The notes under the pieces are model-generated. The model made no database searches. It saw only the letters and a list, made by a program, of their open reading frames with translations, and had not been told where the DNA came from. Position numbers and translations under genes: made by a program. From Candidatus Poribacteria bacterium (GTDB lineage: Bacteria; Poribacteria; WGA-4E; WGA-3G), in NCBI GenBank assembly GCA_965205025.1, contig CBDBFU010000026.1, forward strand, positions 32,001-96,000: a stretch of 64,000 bases of DNA. The letters run 5' to 3'. Below are positions 11,398 through 21,841 of this stretch, piece by piece; position 1 is the stretch's first letter, and every line of letters begins with the position of its first letter.

Positions 11398-11421
11398 GTG
11401 CGGTTAGGAAACCGCACCTAC
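11398..11421 (-). repeat. GTAG-type REP palindrome (right copy)
   Basis: Minus strand reads GTAG-GTGCGGTT-TCCT-AACCGCAC; degenerate relatives at 34525-34540 and 59587-59609. Confidence 0.8.
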
Positions 11422-11786
11422 CGGGTTTGGGAAAAAAAGAATTACCGAACTATTTACTTAATCTTCATAAAGTTTGTGGTACAAAAAAGAGACATTTTCA
11501 ATTAGAATGGTATTACATCATCAACGAGAGGGAATATACAATTGAATTCATATATTAATATTACGAATTCCATCGAAATAGGACCAATATGCTGTAGAAT
11601 TAAGTATTCTGATAGATTGGACACATGCAATTTCCAGTGAACTTCAATACCAATGCTGATTGAATAATTACTTTAGTATGTCATACGGATGGGATGTGAT
11701 TTTTAAAATGAAGAGGGATTAGAAGATAGTTGGATATGAAGGTGGTATCAAAATGAAGTGTGACATATCTTTCGGTAAGTTGTCAA

Positions 11787-12509
11787 CTAATAATTGAGTT
11801 TTTGTTGATGAAGATATTCCGCTAGTTCAGTGTCGGATGGGTCACGTTTGTAGGCTTCTTGCAAGTAATTAAGTGCCCTTTCAGTCAATCCGATTTTAAC
11901 ATAGAATGAACCTATATTACGATATGGTGCTGCATAGGTAGATTTTAATTCTATCGCCTGAAGATATAAGGTCTTTGCTTGTTCTAAGTGATCCTTTGTT
12001 GATCCAATTAGGATATTAAGGGTAATTTTCTTATTTCCTCGGTAGGGATAAATGGAAGCTCCATTGTCTTTAGCATTATTCTCCACAGCTTTTGCTATTT
12101 CTGCGGATTCTGTTTCCACGACAATATAACCTGATTCAACATGTTTATAGGCACGGTTGAGTTCTGCCAATACCTCTGTTACAGATCCATCTGAATGGAT
12201 GACTGGCCACGAGGGCCATTCGGGTCCTGCGAATTTTAGTCCAAGATCGTAATGAACTGCGGCAAGATCGTTGCATACCTCAGCATTTTCAGGGCGTAAA
12301 TTAAATGCCTGCTCGTAAAGTTCTATAGCTTGAGTATAATCTTGTGCATTGTAAGCATTTGCGGCGTCAACTCTGATGAGACTGAAATCCGCACTCTCTT
12401 CGGTCGTATCAAGAGTGTATTCGGTATTCTTACCTACAAAAGCATATATAATGATAATTAGGACTATGGATAAGCAGACGATGATGATTGTTGGAAGTTG
12501 CAATTTCAT
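11787..12509 (-). CDS. Membrane-anchored TPR protein
   Basis: N-terminal hydrophobic helix; TPR patterns AIELYEQAFNLRPENA and ALNYLQEAYKRDP. Confidence 0.8.
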   Translation of the reverse strand: MKLQLPTIIIVCLSIVLIIIIYAFVGKNTEYTLDTTEESADFSLIRVDAANAYNAQDYTQAIELYEQAFNLRPENAEVCNDLAAVHYDLGLKFAGPEWPSWPVIHSDGSVTEVLAELNRAYKHVESGYIVVETESAEIAKAVENNAKDNGASIYPYRGNKKITLNILIGSTKDHLEQAKTLYLQAIELKSTYAAPYRNIGSFYVKIGLTERALNYLQEAYKRDPSDTELAEYLHQQKLNY

Positions 12510-12576
12510 GTCATTCTCCGTTATCTAAGCAATTATTCAAAGAGTTTATTAGTATGCATCGCTTCTGTAACAACAC

Positions 12577-14052
12577 TTATCTCCATCGATTGTTTCTATT
12601 AAAAGTAACAAATATATAGTCTGACTTACCGTTTCGATCATAATAGAGTTGTATTCTACTGGGTTCTTGTATTTTTTCGTCAATGATTTTAAATACCTCA
12701 AGAGTATGAATGGCTATATCATTGATCTGATAAATAATATCTCCTTTTTTCAAAGGTCCTGCGAGTTCACTTCCCCTTTCAAAATCACTAATAATGACAC
12801 CGTGATGGTTTAATTTCCGTGCTTTCGCCTTATCCGGTTGAGTGAGTGTCAAGCCCCATCTTGAAGGGGAGTATTCCCATTCCAATTTTTTTAGATTCAA
12901 GGTTGTATTTTTTATATTTCCTCGTCGAATGAATTCTAATTTGATTGGTTCATTAAGTGGAAGCAAGCGAACAACGGCTTTAAAATCGGTATCATCTTTT
13001 ACTCTATGTCCAGAAACAGACCAAATAATATCACTGCGCTTAATACCAGCATTTGCTAACGGACTATCTTTTTCAAGATCTGATACCAAGACACCCCTTG
13101 AAAGCACAGAATTTTGGGCAACTCTCTTGCCTAATAACTTGACTGCCATATCTTCTGTTACTGATTGTACTGAAACACCTAAATATGGTGGAATAATACA
13201 TCCATGGTTAGTAATCTTCTGAATAACCTTTCTCGCTTTGTTGGCTGGAATAGCAAATCCAACACCTTGCGAACCACCACTTGTTGAACGGATGACGGTA
13301 TTAATACCTATAAGTTCACCATATACATTAACCAATGCGCCGCCACTATTTCCAGGATTAACAGACGCATCAGTCTGGATTAATGTTTCATAGAAGCGAT
13401 TATCCACTGTCATAGACCGTTGTGTGGCACTTATAATTCCGATTGTAACGGTAGGTTGTGCAGTTCCTATAGATAATCCAAATGGATTCCCTATTGCCAG
13501 TGCCCATTCACCGATTAACAAATTATCGGAATCACCCCATTTGATTACCGGTAAATCTTCTCTTGTATTGACTTTGAGCAGTGCTAAATCAGATAAGAAG
13601 TCGTATCCGATTATCTGCGCATCAAATTCTCTACCATCAACGAATGCGACTCTGACTCTTTCAGCGTTATCAATTACATGGTGATTTGTCAGTATATAAC
13701 CTTCTTTGTTTATAATTACACCTGAACCCACTTCTCGTAATGATCGCTTCGGAAAAGGTAGAGAGTCACCATAAAACCATTGTTCGAAAGCGGTGATTTG
13801 TGTGACACTTCTAATTGCGCTGATATTGACAACGGCAGGACTTGCCTGTTCAACAGCTGTTACAATTGCTGTTCGTCTTGATTGTGTCACAGCATCTTGT
13901 ATTTTTTGCTGTGCCTGCAAATCAACCGAAGGAATACCGCGGATATAAGTAATTATCCCAATTAGGATAAAACTCAATAATAAATACTTATAGTATCCAG
14001 ATTTCTTAATTAATCTCGTCATTACGCTATATTTAGATGATGGTTTTACCAT
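12577..14052 (-). CDS. HtrA/DegP-family serine protease with two PDZ domains
   Basis: GSGVII, LTNHHV, DLALLK and IQTDASVNPGNSGG motifs; C-terminal PDZ-like repeats. Confidence 0.93.
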   Translation of the reverse strand: MVKPSSKYSVMTRLIKKSGYYKYLLLSFILIGIITYIRGIPSVDLQAQQKIQDAVTQSRRTAIVTAVEQASPAVVNISAIRSVTQITAFEQWFYGDSLPFPKRSLREVGSGVIINKEGYILTNHHVIDNAERVRVAFVDGREFDAQIIGYDFLSDLALLKVNTREDLPVIKWGDSDNLLIGEWALAIGNPFGLSIGTAQPTVTIGIISATQRSMTVDNRFYETLIQTDASVNPGNSGGALVNVYGELIGINTVIRSTSGGSQGVGFAIPANKARKVIQKITNHGCIIPPYLGVSVQSVTEDMAVKLLGKRVAQNSVLSRGVLVSDLEKDSPLANAGIKRSDIIWSVSGHRVKDDTDFKAVVRLLPLNEPIKLEFIRRGNIKNTTLNLKKLEWEYSPSRWGLTLTQPDKAKARKLNHHGVIISDFERGSELAGPLKKGDIIYQINDIAIHTLEVFKIIDEKIQEPSRIQLYYDRNGKSDYIFVTFNRNNRWR

Positions 14053-14110
14053 AATAATACCCGAATATCATAAGTTAATAGTCTGTCAAGGAATTAATAT
14101 ACAAAGAATA

Positions 14111-15487
14111 TCATGCTTTTAATTTAAGTGAAATACGGTATCCTTCCAAACCTGGGTCGGTATCAACAATTTTTTGTACATCCTTATTTGATCTTCGTTT
14201 GGCAGGAAAATCGTCTTCATTTGCACATCTGAGTGCAATTCTTGCCCCAACAGAACTTGCAAGTCGTAGGTTTTCTAAAGCTACTTTTTCCAGTGTATCA
14301 TATGCTGTATGTCCAAATCCTCGTCCGGAGGGGGCAGATGTTGGATCACCCATATGACAGGAGGGTATACCCATTAAGAAAAACGGAAAATGGTCAGAGT
14401 AAGAATGTACTTTTTGACCGACTGGCATTTCTGCATGCATCTGTTTCTGTGCTGTAAGAAAGAAAGGTTCCAAAGAATCCCAATTATGTAATACAATTCC
14501 TTTTCGACTGGTTCCACCTGCCGCATCCATATTTAACATAAAACGGATATTATCTAATTCACTCTCATGTGCTTCAACATACTGAAATGCTCCGGTGAGT
14601 CCAATTTCTTCTGTTCCAAAAGCTATAAAACGAACAGTTCGTTTTAGTATATCCTGCGTGTACGTGGATAAGACACGTGCAGCTTCTATGACAGACACCA
14701 TCCCAGAGGCAGGATCATGTGCCCCTTGTGAAATGTCGTGTCCATCGTAATGACATCCAACAAGGATCATTTCTTCAGGTTTTTCCTTCCCAGGTAAGTC
14801 AGCGACGACATTCCAGGATGTTCTCGGTTCATTAATATCGGTAGTATTCAATTGCATTATAACCTTTCCGTACCGATCAAGACACCGTGTAAGGAAATCT
14901 CCATCTTCTTTACAAACTGAGATTCCTGGAATAGGAGCACGTTGATTATTTTGTAGACTCCCTGTTTCTGGACCAACGCCAGGATGTTCGCTCACAAAGA
15001 TGAATGCTGATGCGCCTGCCAGAACAGCACGTTCATACTTTTCTTTTCGATGTACCCATCTACCAAGGTCAATCGGAGAGGAACTCTTTGCCATTACCAG
15101 TTTTCCATTGCCTGTATTTGCAAGCTCAGTATATTCTGGTGGACTTCCTTGTCCTACAGAAACCAGTTCAGCTGTAATATCAGCTGCAGGACAGTAGGGT
15201 AAGGATATGCAATGTAAATTACGATTGATTGGCTCGATTATTGAGAGAGTTGCTGTACCACGTGTCCATCCAGCATACGGATATTCTTCTAATTCAACAT
15301 TCTTAAGACCATACCGATAAAAAGAGTCAGAAATAAAGGAGGCTGCTTTATGTTCTTCCGGAGTTCCTGCAAAACGTGACCCGAAATCATCGCATAAGAC
15401 AGTTAGGTTATCTAGTACCTCCCTATTTGTATAAATGTCCCCGACAATTTGCCGATCTATTGATAAATAAGGGTTTCTCTGTTTCAT
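14111..15487 (-). CDS. M28 family aminopeptidase with PA domain
   Basis: GCHYDG, GAHDPASG, TEEIGL, SDHFPF and HTAYDT zinc-ligand motifs. Confidence 0.88.
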   Translation of the reverse strand: MKQRNPYLSIDRQIVGDIYTNREVLDNLTVLCDDFGSRFAGTPEEHKAASFISDSFYRYGLKNVELEEYPYAGWTRGTATLSIIEPINRNLHCISLPYCPAADITAELVSVGQGSPPEYTELANTGNGKLVMAKSSSPIDLGRWVHRKEKYERAVLAGASAFIFVSEHPGVGPETGSLQNNQRAPIPGISVCKEDGDFLTRCLDRYGKVIMQLNTTDINEPRTSWNVVADLPGKEKPEEMILVGCHYDGHDISQGAHDPASGMVSVIEAARVLSTYTQDILKRTVRFIAFGTEEIGLTGAFQYVEAHESELDNIRFMLNMDAAGGTSRKGIVLHNWDSLEPFFLTAQKQMHAEMPVGQKVHSYSDHFPFFLMGIPSCHMGDPTSAPSGRGFGHTAYDTLEKVALENLRLASSVGARIALRCANEDDFPAKRRSNKDVQKIVDTDPGLEGYRISLKLKA

Positions 15488-15531
15488 ATAATCAACATTT
15501 CTTTCATTAGTGTTACAATTATCATAAGATA

Positions 15532-16485
15532 CTATTTAGTAGACTCAACGGAGTTAGATTGTATGCTGTTGTTTTCTTGAGGATTGATAATGCTTTGAAA
15601 ATTCAATTCCTCAGATGGTGTTGAGTCTATAGACGGAGTGGTTAAGATTTTAGACTGTGAATCAGCTGTTTTTTTTAATTTCCAAAGATCCTGAATCTGA
15701 ATCTTTCCCCAACTCATAATTATGATATTATGCTGTTTAAATGTATTCAATAATTTTTCGGTTGTTTCGATAGAACATCCGATTAATTTTGATATGCGTT
15801 TTGTAGATAGACGTGGTACACGAATGATTCCATTTATTTCCTGTGGAGTCGCAAGATATTGTAATAGAAAAGCTAAACGAGAGGATTCAGATCGAAAGGA
15901 TAAATTAGATAGTGGACTATTCTGTCTAATATCAGGCACTGAATTTCGTTTCAAGATGTTGTCTGCCTGCTGTGTTGATCTTTTACCTGAAAACAATGAA
16001 AGAGTTATGGATAGTAAAATAAGGATTTTTCTATAGAATTTAGGCCTTGAATCTAAAACTAAATGTGGTTTTCGCTTTAGGAAAAACAGAAAGTCTCGAA
16101 TAGAGATGATACCTACACAAACTTCAGTTAAAGTCCCTATAGATATTAGCGGGTTAATGTCTTCATTTTCATCAGTATTAATCCCAATTATCTCTCCTTT
16201 TTCTAATACTTCTATTGTTGATGGTTCAATAGAAGTATTTTCATTAGAATCAGATTGATTAGTCCTATTTAAGTCCTTCTTTGAATCATTCTCTTTCGTT
16301 TTTTCCGATACCTTTATGCGTCCCTCTTTAATTATATACACACCTTCATCGGATAATTGTTCTTCATGTTTTAGTTGTCTGTATGTTGTTATCTTTTCCA
16401 GTGCTTGTGCATCATCCTCGGATAGATCTCTAAACATATCAATATGTTTGATATACCAGTAATATTGGTCAATGAGATCTAACAT
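15532..16485 (-). CDS. Crp/Fnr-family regulator (divergent)
   Basis: MFRDLS..YIIKEGRIKV cNMP-binding start; C-terminal HTH ISKLIGCSIETTEKLL. Confidence 0.75.
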   Translation of the reverse strand: MLDLIDQYYWYIKHIDMFRDLSEDDAQALEKITTYRQLKHEEQLSDEGVYIIKEGRIKVSEKTKENDSKKDLNRTNQSDSNENTSIEPSTIEVLEKGEIIGINTDENEDINPLISIGTLTEVCVGIISIRDFLFFLKRKPHLVLDSRPKFYRKILILLSITLSLFSGKRSTQQADNILKRNSVPDIRQNSPLSNLSFRSESSRLAFLLQYLATPQEINGIIRVPRLSTKRISKLIGCSIETTEKLLNTFKQHNIIIMSWGKIQIQDLWKLKKTADSQSKILTTPSIDSTPSEELNFQSIINPQENNSIQSNSVESTK

Positions 16486-16542
16486 GTTCTATCCATCTAC
16501 TTGTTCTGATGATTGAGGAAAACGATAAACCTGTTCAAGAAC

Positions 16543-17217
16543 TCAACGGAGTATACCCCAACGAAAGATTGTTGTAAGTATTTTTACACCTGCTCGGACA
16601 CTTCCGATAAGTGTGCCACTAATCTTAGATGTTCCTATACGTTTTCTATAACTCACTGGGATTTCTTTTACCCGTACCCCCGTTTTGGCTGCCTTTAGCT
16701 GCATTTCTACTGTCCATCCGTATGTCTGATCTTGCATATCTAATGCGGTGAGTTGAGTTTGTCGAATTGCTCGGAACGGACCGAGGTCGGTATATTTAAC
16801 TCCATAAAAGGATTTTATTAGGAATGTAGCAAGTTTGTTTCCAAATCGTGCTTGTGGTAGTATTGCCCCTTTTTCGGATGGTTTTCGTGTTCCTATAACA
16901 AAATCCGCTCGGTCTTCTTGAATGGGTTGTATTAGTGATAACAATTCTGTTGGGTCATCACTATAATCCCCATCTATGAAAACAATGATATCCGCACTCT
17001 TAACCGCAGCAACACCCGCCAGACAGGCACTTCCATATCCTTTTCGTGGTTCAGAAATGACCTTCGCTCCGTGATTCCGTGCTATTTCCACGGTGTTATC
17101 AGTACATCCGTTGTCAACGACAATAATTTCCTGAACCACTCCCTTCGGTATGTCGTTGATTACTTTACCGATTGCCTCTTCTTCATTAAGGACAGGAATG
17201 ATAACTGAAACTTTCAT
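16543..17217 (-). CDS. Glycosyltransferase family 2
   Basis: VIIPVLNEE, VVDNGCTD, GYGSA and FIDGD motifs. Confidence 0.92.
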   Translation of the reverse strand: MKVSVIIPVLNEEEAIGKVINDIPKGVVQEIIVVDNGCTDNTVEIARNHGAKVISEPRKGYGSACLAGVAAVKSADIIVFIDGDYSDDPTELLSLIQPIQEDRADFVIGTRKPSEKGAILPQARFGNKLATFLIKSFYGVKYTDLGPFRAIRQTQLTALDMQDQTYGWTVEMQLKAAKTGVRVKEIPVSYRKRIGTSKISGTLIGSVRAGVKILTTIFRWGILR

Positions 17218-17248
17218 TAGGATACGAGTATTTAGGTTAGCAACCGTA

Positions 17249-18256
17249 TTACATTTTTACGGCTGGTTCTTGGACTGTTTCAAGAAGTTGTTCTATTACA
17301 GCATCCGTATCTATACCTTCTGCTTCAGCATGGAAGTTTGTTAAAACTCTATGGCGTAGTACAGATGAAGCAACAGATTTTACATCTTCACAGGATGCAT
17401 TGTATCGTCCTTTTAAAATGGCTCTTGCCTTAGCACCCAAAATTAGATATTGTCCTGCCCTGGGACCAGCACCCCATCGTACCCATTGTTGGATGAATTC
17501 TGGAGCATCTTTCTCTTTTGGTCGCGTTGCACGGGCAAGTTTTACGGCATATTGAACTACGTTATCTGCAGCTGGTACTCGACGAACGATCTGATGTAGA
17601 GAAACAATGGCTTCCCCGGAAAGAGCTGTTTCAAGTTCCGGTTCCTCTGCCCCTGTTGTAGTGGTTACAATATTAACCTCTTCCTCTTCTTCAGGATAAT
17701 CTATTACAATTTTAAACATAAACCTGTCAAGTTGTGCTTCAGGTAACGGATATGTGCCTTCCTGCTCAATAGGGTTCTGTGTTGCCAGTACAAAGAAAGG
17801 TTCAGGAAGTTGGTACTCTATACCACCAGCAGTAACATGATGTTCCTGCATCGCTTCTAATAAAGCAGCTTGGGTTTTTGGGGGTGTTCTATTTATTTCA
17901 TCTGCGAGGAGGATATTCCCGAATATCGGTCCTTGAATAAACCGAATGGATCTATGTCCGGTAGTACGATCTTCTTCAAGTACATCAGTTCCAATTATAT
18001 CTGCTGGCATTAAGTCCGGGGTAAATTGAATCCGCTTAAATGTAAGATTTAGGATTTGAGCGAGCGTTTTAATCATCAAAGTTTTCGCTAATCCAGGTAC
18101 ACCTTCAACGAGGCAATGCCCTCCCGCGAAGAGTGCCATCAACATTTGATTGATAACTTCTTCTTGACCAATAATAACCTTTTTTAGTTGTCCAACGATT
18201 AATTCTTGGCTTTCCATTAACTCTTCAATCGCTTTAACTTCATCAGTTGCTGCCAT
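17249..18256 (-). CDS. MoxR-family AAA+ ATPase
   Basis: [27 protein letters not shown] and [22 protein letters not shown] motifs. Confidence 0.95.
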   Translation of the reverse strand: MAATDEVKAIEELMESQELIVGQLKKVIIGQEEVINQMLMALFAGGHCLVEGVPGLAKTLMIKTLAQILNLTFKRIQFTPDLMPADIIGTDVLEEDRTTGHRSIRFIQGPIFGNILLADEINRTPPKTQAALLEAMQEHHVTAGGIEYQLPEPFFVLATQNPIEQEGTYPLPEAQLDRFMFKIVIDYPEEEEEVNIVTTTTGAEEPELETALSGEAIVSLHQIVRRVPAADNVVQYAVKLARATRPKEKDAPEFIQQWVRWGAGPRAGQYLILGAKARAILKGRYNASCEDVKSVASSVLRHRVLTNFHAEAEGIDTDAVIEQLLETVQEPAVKM

Positions 18257-18329
18257 CTATTAACTCCTTGTATGTATAAAATAGTCATAAATCATTTGAT
18301 AAATATCTTATAGGATTACATCTAAATTA

Positions 18330-21245
18330 TTATGGATTTTTGTTTAGTATGAATGTTTTTGTACTTTGATTTGAAGTGATTTTGACAACATTCGTGAGAT
18401 TGTCGAGTTTCTCGGTATCTACGATTGGTGTGTTGAAGCGAACGGTCCTTTTCATCTCTGCCTTTCGTCCAGATTTTTTATAATTTAATTGGATTTCTGC
18501 GACATCCGTATATAGTTTTTTCGTTTCTGGTACCATTTTTATATTGAATGGTTTTTCCACTTCAACAGTGATATGATCCTCAAAAGTGACTGCTTTACCG
18601 AGAACAGCTGGATGATTCCGTTCTTCGTCTCGTAACAACATTGCGTATGGATTATCAACAACAGGGAGTTCCAGTATGAATTGATCACCCATTTTATAAA
18701 TATAGTCATTACAGGACCAAGTGATTTTAATCTTTAGTTCTGGGTTTAATTGTTTAAGTTCAGATATTTCAAAATTCTGAATTTTTGCGCGTTCGTCAAT
18801 CTCCAATGCATCTCGTAGGAAACTAATTCGTTGTCCTCCATGAGATCCCCTTAATAGATGTGCTCTAAATCTTGCGTTAAAGTCTCCAGTGACGGTTGTT
18901 TCTTGCACTACTTCTATACTCAAGTCCTCTTTTACTGTAATATGGGAACTTGTCAACCTGATATTTGTATCTGCAGGGAGTGCAGGACTCTTTTGAAAAG
19001 TGAATAGGTGGTTTTTGACTGTTTCACCATCAACTTTTTGTATGTCATCTATAGGCTTATCAACACCAATACCTTTTGTTGTTTTAGCATCTGTATTGAT
19101 AATTAGGGTCCATCGGTTCTGATCACTCACAGGGAAATCCCCGTATGCAGTAGTATGAGCAGTAGGATCTAACCATATCAGATCATTATCTTTTCCACCA
19201 TCAACTGCGAGAATCATATGATTAAAATATGCAAGTGAAGGAATTTCATGAATGATTTTTTTCGCTTTGCCAGAAGAAATAAGAACAGGATAAGAGTCTA
19301 TACCAGCAACACGGAGCATCGTAGAAAGTAATGTTGATTTACCTTTGCAATCTCCCCATTCCTCTTCCAGTACTTTCCCAGCAGGATACGGTTTAATACC
19401 CCAAATTCCCCGTTCATCTCCAGCATACTTGATTGTTGTTGCAACAAAATCGTAAAGTCTTTTAATTTTCTCTTTACGAGTTAATGCGCCGAACAGTATT
19501 TCTTCAGTTTTTTTCTCAATTTCTTCTGTAATTCTATCTTGTTCTCTAATTAATGTAACATACCATTTGATTAATTTTTCCCAAGAATCAATTGTTGAAA
19601 AACTAATATTATATGCAAAATCCGATATAGCAGGCATCATCGGTTCTTCACGCAACGCTTCTATATCAGCAGTTTCAAAGATATATGTCCGTGTATAGTT
19701 ATTTTCAGTAATAGTAGGTTCAATTGTTGGTCCAACGATTTGATACTGGAGTTGTAATTTTTTAGGTATATGTGTTGTCAGTCGATAAAATTGTACAGGT
19801 ATATCTACTTGAAAGAAAACCTGACGCCAAAACCCACCTTTCATAACACTTTGGGGATTCTTTTTGGAGTATGCAAAGTCAATTACACAACCATCAGTAA
19901 TCTTAGGTAATTTTAAATACATTAGTCGAGTATTGACCGTTAGACCTGCTGATGTAGCTTCGGAAGGGGTAATACCACTAATAATTTTGTCTTTATCATA
20001 TTCTACCTTCGTGCCATCAGGTTGTATTGTATATGCATGATGTATAGTGACATCATCAGTACCAACGGAGTATGGAATTCTGATTTCACCGAGATGATAC
20101 CCTTCGTCATTATATATTTTTATGACTTTTCTTGTTGAATATACATGTTTGCCATCTTCATCAATATCAAACACCTCTGCTTCCCATAATACAACGGCTT
20201 CGTCCTCAGGATTTTCTGGTTCGGAAGGTATGTTTTCAAGACTTTTTTGAATAACCTCTTCATCCATATCACTGATAAAGTTATATGGAAGTGATGATTT
20301 TGTATTTATTTCAACCTTTTCATCTTCTTTTTCTTCTTCAGTATCCTCTGCATGATTATCACCATCCTCGTGTGTATGCGACTGTTCAGGTTTATCTCTA
20401 TCGTCTTCAACAGTATCTGATACATTCTGTTCTGGAGGAGGAAGAGGAGTCTTCCGTTGTCCTAAATATGTATTTTCAGCAAGTTTACCATCACCTTTTG
20501 CTGCTACATCATCACGTGAAGCGCGTCCATCTCCGTTATCATCAAGATGTGGATGTTCTGCTTGAATTGCCCCATCTTGTGCATACCATTCGTCTATACG
20601 AGTTTGTAACCAGTTAAAAGATTCGAGGATTGATATGGTTCCGTTTGCATTTGTATCCGCTGTGGATTCAGAGAATGAATCCACAAAAAGGTCACCGAAA
20701 CCTGCTTGGGATGCATAACCTTCCCTTAGAGAGCTTGATGTGATTATAATCCTTCCTTCTGCACTTATCCCTTGTACGATTCCTGTACTGTAAGGAAACC
20801 CAAAAATAAGGAGCTGTTGTTTTGCCCCAATCTTATTAATGCTGTCAGTGTATTCCTGTTGACTGATATCACGTCCAGGTAAATTGAACTTAATTCCAGA
20901 TGAGTTACGGGATGCGTGACCAACCATGAAGAGGACAAATCTATCAGTAGGTTGTACCTTCTCTGCAAGTTGAGCAAATGCCTGTAAAACAGCTTCACGT
21001 TTTGCTTCACCCGTGACAAGTCCTGGGATTGAACCTTCATCTTCAAAATGGAAGTGTATCTGATCAGGTGAAAATCCGTATTCCTGCGTTAGCAATTGGT
21101 AAAATCGAGATGTTCCACTCCAAAATTGATCGTAATAAGATTTTTCACCCCCAACACCCCCAAGGATTAGAACGTGATCTGCTGCGTAAGTTGACGTGGT
21201 AATTAATAATATGACAGAAAGGATTGTAATTATTATTCTATACAT
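18330..21245 (-). CDS. Secreted fusion: C13/caspase-fold-like domain + DUF3857 + transglutaminase-like domain
   Basis: Signal peptide; LFMVGH and EHPHLDDNGDG; GDCKGKS...FNHMI...WLDPT Cys-His-Asp triad. Confidence 0.75.
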   Translation of the reverse strand: MYRIIITILSVILLITTSTYAADHVLILGGVGGEKSYYDQFWSGTSRFYQLLTQEYGFSPDQIHFHFEDEGSIPGLVTGEAKREAVLQAFAQLAEKVQPTDRFVLFMVGHASRNSSGIKFNLPGRDISQQEYTDSINKIGAKQQLLIFGFPYSTGIVQGISAEGRIIITSSSLREGYASQAGFGDLFVDSFSESTADTNANGTISILESFNWLQTRIDEWYAQDGAIQAEHPHLDDNGDGRASRDDVAAKGDGKLAENTYLGQRKTPLPPPEQNVSDTVEDDRDKPEQSHTHEDGDNHAEDTEEEKEDEKVEINTKSSLPYNFISDMDEEVIQKSLENIPSEPENPEDEAVVLWEAEVFDIDEDGKHVYSTRKVIKIYNDEGYHLGEIRIPYSVGTDDVTIHHAYTIQPDGTKVEYDKDKIISGITPSEATSAGLTVNTRLMYLKLPKITDGCVIDFAYSKKNPQSVMKGGFWRQVFFQVDIPVQFYRLTTHIPKKLQLQYQIVGPTIEPTITENNYTRTYIFETADIEALREEPMMPAISDFAYNISFSTIDSWEKLIKWYVTLIREQDRITEEIEKKTEEILFGALTRKEKIKRLYDFVATTIKYAGDERGIWGIKPYPAGKVLEEEWGDCKGKSTLLSTMLRVAGIDSYPVLISSGKAKKIIHEIPSLAYFNHMILAVDGGKDNDLIWLDPTAHTTAYGDFPVSDQNRWTLIINTDAKTTKGIGVDKPIDDIQKVDGETVKNHLFTFQKSPALPADTNIRLTSSHITVKEDLSIEVVQETTVTGDFNARFRAHLLRGSHGGQRISFLRDALEIDERAKIQNFEISELKQLNPELKIKITWSCNDYIYKMGDQFILELPVVDNPYAMLLRDEERNHPAVLGKAVTFEDHITVEVEKPFNIKMVPETKKLYTDVAEIQLNYKKSGRKAEMKRTVRFNTPIVDTEKLDNLTNVVKITSNQSTKTFILNKNP

Positions 21246-21308
21246 TTTAACTTCGCTCCAATTTCGGGTCTTTAGCTTAATATGTGGTTGTATAACCTAT
21301 TTACTTAT

Positions 21309-21770
21309 CTAAAAATCTCCACTTTTTCCACCAGTCTTCTTTATTAATCTTACATCAGATATACACATTTCTCTATCAATCGCTTTACACATATCATAAA
21401 CGGTTAATCCTGCGACAGATACTGCTGTAAGAGCTTCCATTTCTACACCTGTCCGTCCTACAGTTTGTACTTCTGCCTCAATTTCAATTTTTTCATCTAC
21501 AAGTTTAAGATCTACTCGTATAGAAGTAAGAGTAAGGGGATGACACAGTGGTATGAGTTCACTTGTTCGTTTTGCTGCCATGTACCCTGCAATTTTGGCA
21601 GTTTCTAAGACATTACCTTTTTTCATCTCTTGATTGGATATTTTCTGTAGTGTTTCTTTTTTTACTGAAACATGACCTGTGGCAACTGCAATACGCAACG
21701 TCTGTGGTTTCTCACCGACATCAACCATACGTGTATTGCCTTTTTCGTCAAAGTGTGTTAGTTCATTCAT
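21309..21770 (-). CDS. moaC: Cyclic pyranopterin monophosphate synthase
   Basis: LTHFDEKG..MVDV, LIPLCHP, TGVEMEAL, YDMCKA and KTGGKSG motifs. Confidence 0.97.
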   Translation of the reverse strand: MNELTHFDEKGNTRMVDVGEKPQTLRIAVATGHVSVKKETLQKISNQEMKKGNVLETAKIAGYMAAKRTSELIPLCHPLTLTSIRVDLKLVDEKIEIEAEVQTVGRTGVEMEALTAVSVAGLTVYDMCKAIDREMCISDVRLIKKTGGKSGDF

Positions 21771-21841
21771 TGTAGTTTTCAGAGTTTTAGGAGGTATAGC
21801 ACTATTAAATTGATTGTAATTATCTTTGAGTATTATTTGTT

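Larger units (their letters stand above)
9866..11483. mobile_element. Degenerate MITE-like shell (about 40-bp imperfect inverted ends) enclosing the REP and IS4 element
   Basis: TGTCACAAACTGAATGAAGATTAA..TTCGGTA (9866-9904) is an imperfect inverted repeat of TACCGAA..TTAATCTTCATAAAGTTTGTGGTACA (11443-11483). Confidence 0.55.

Noticed and set aside
11320-11505. 61-aa ORF after the transposase
   Set aside because: Reads through the TIR, REP and shell end; non-coding repeats
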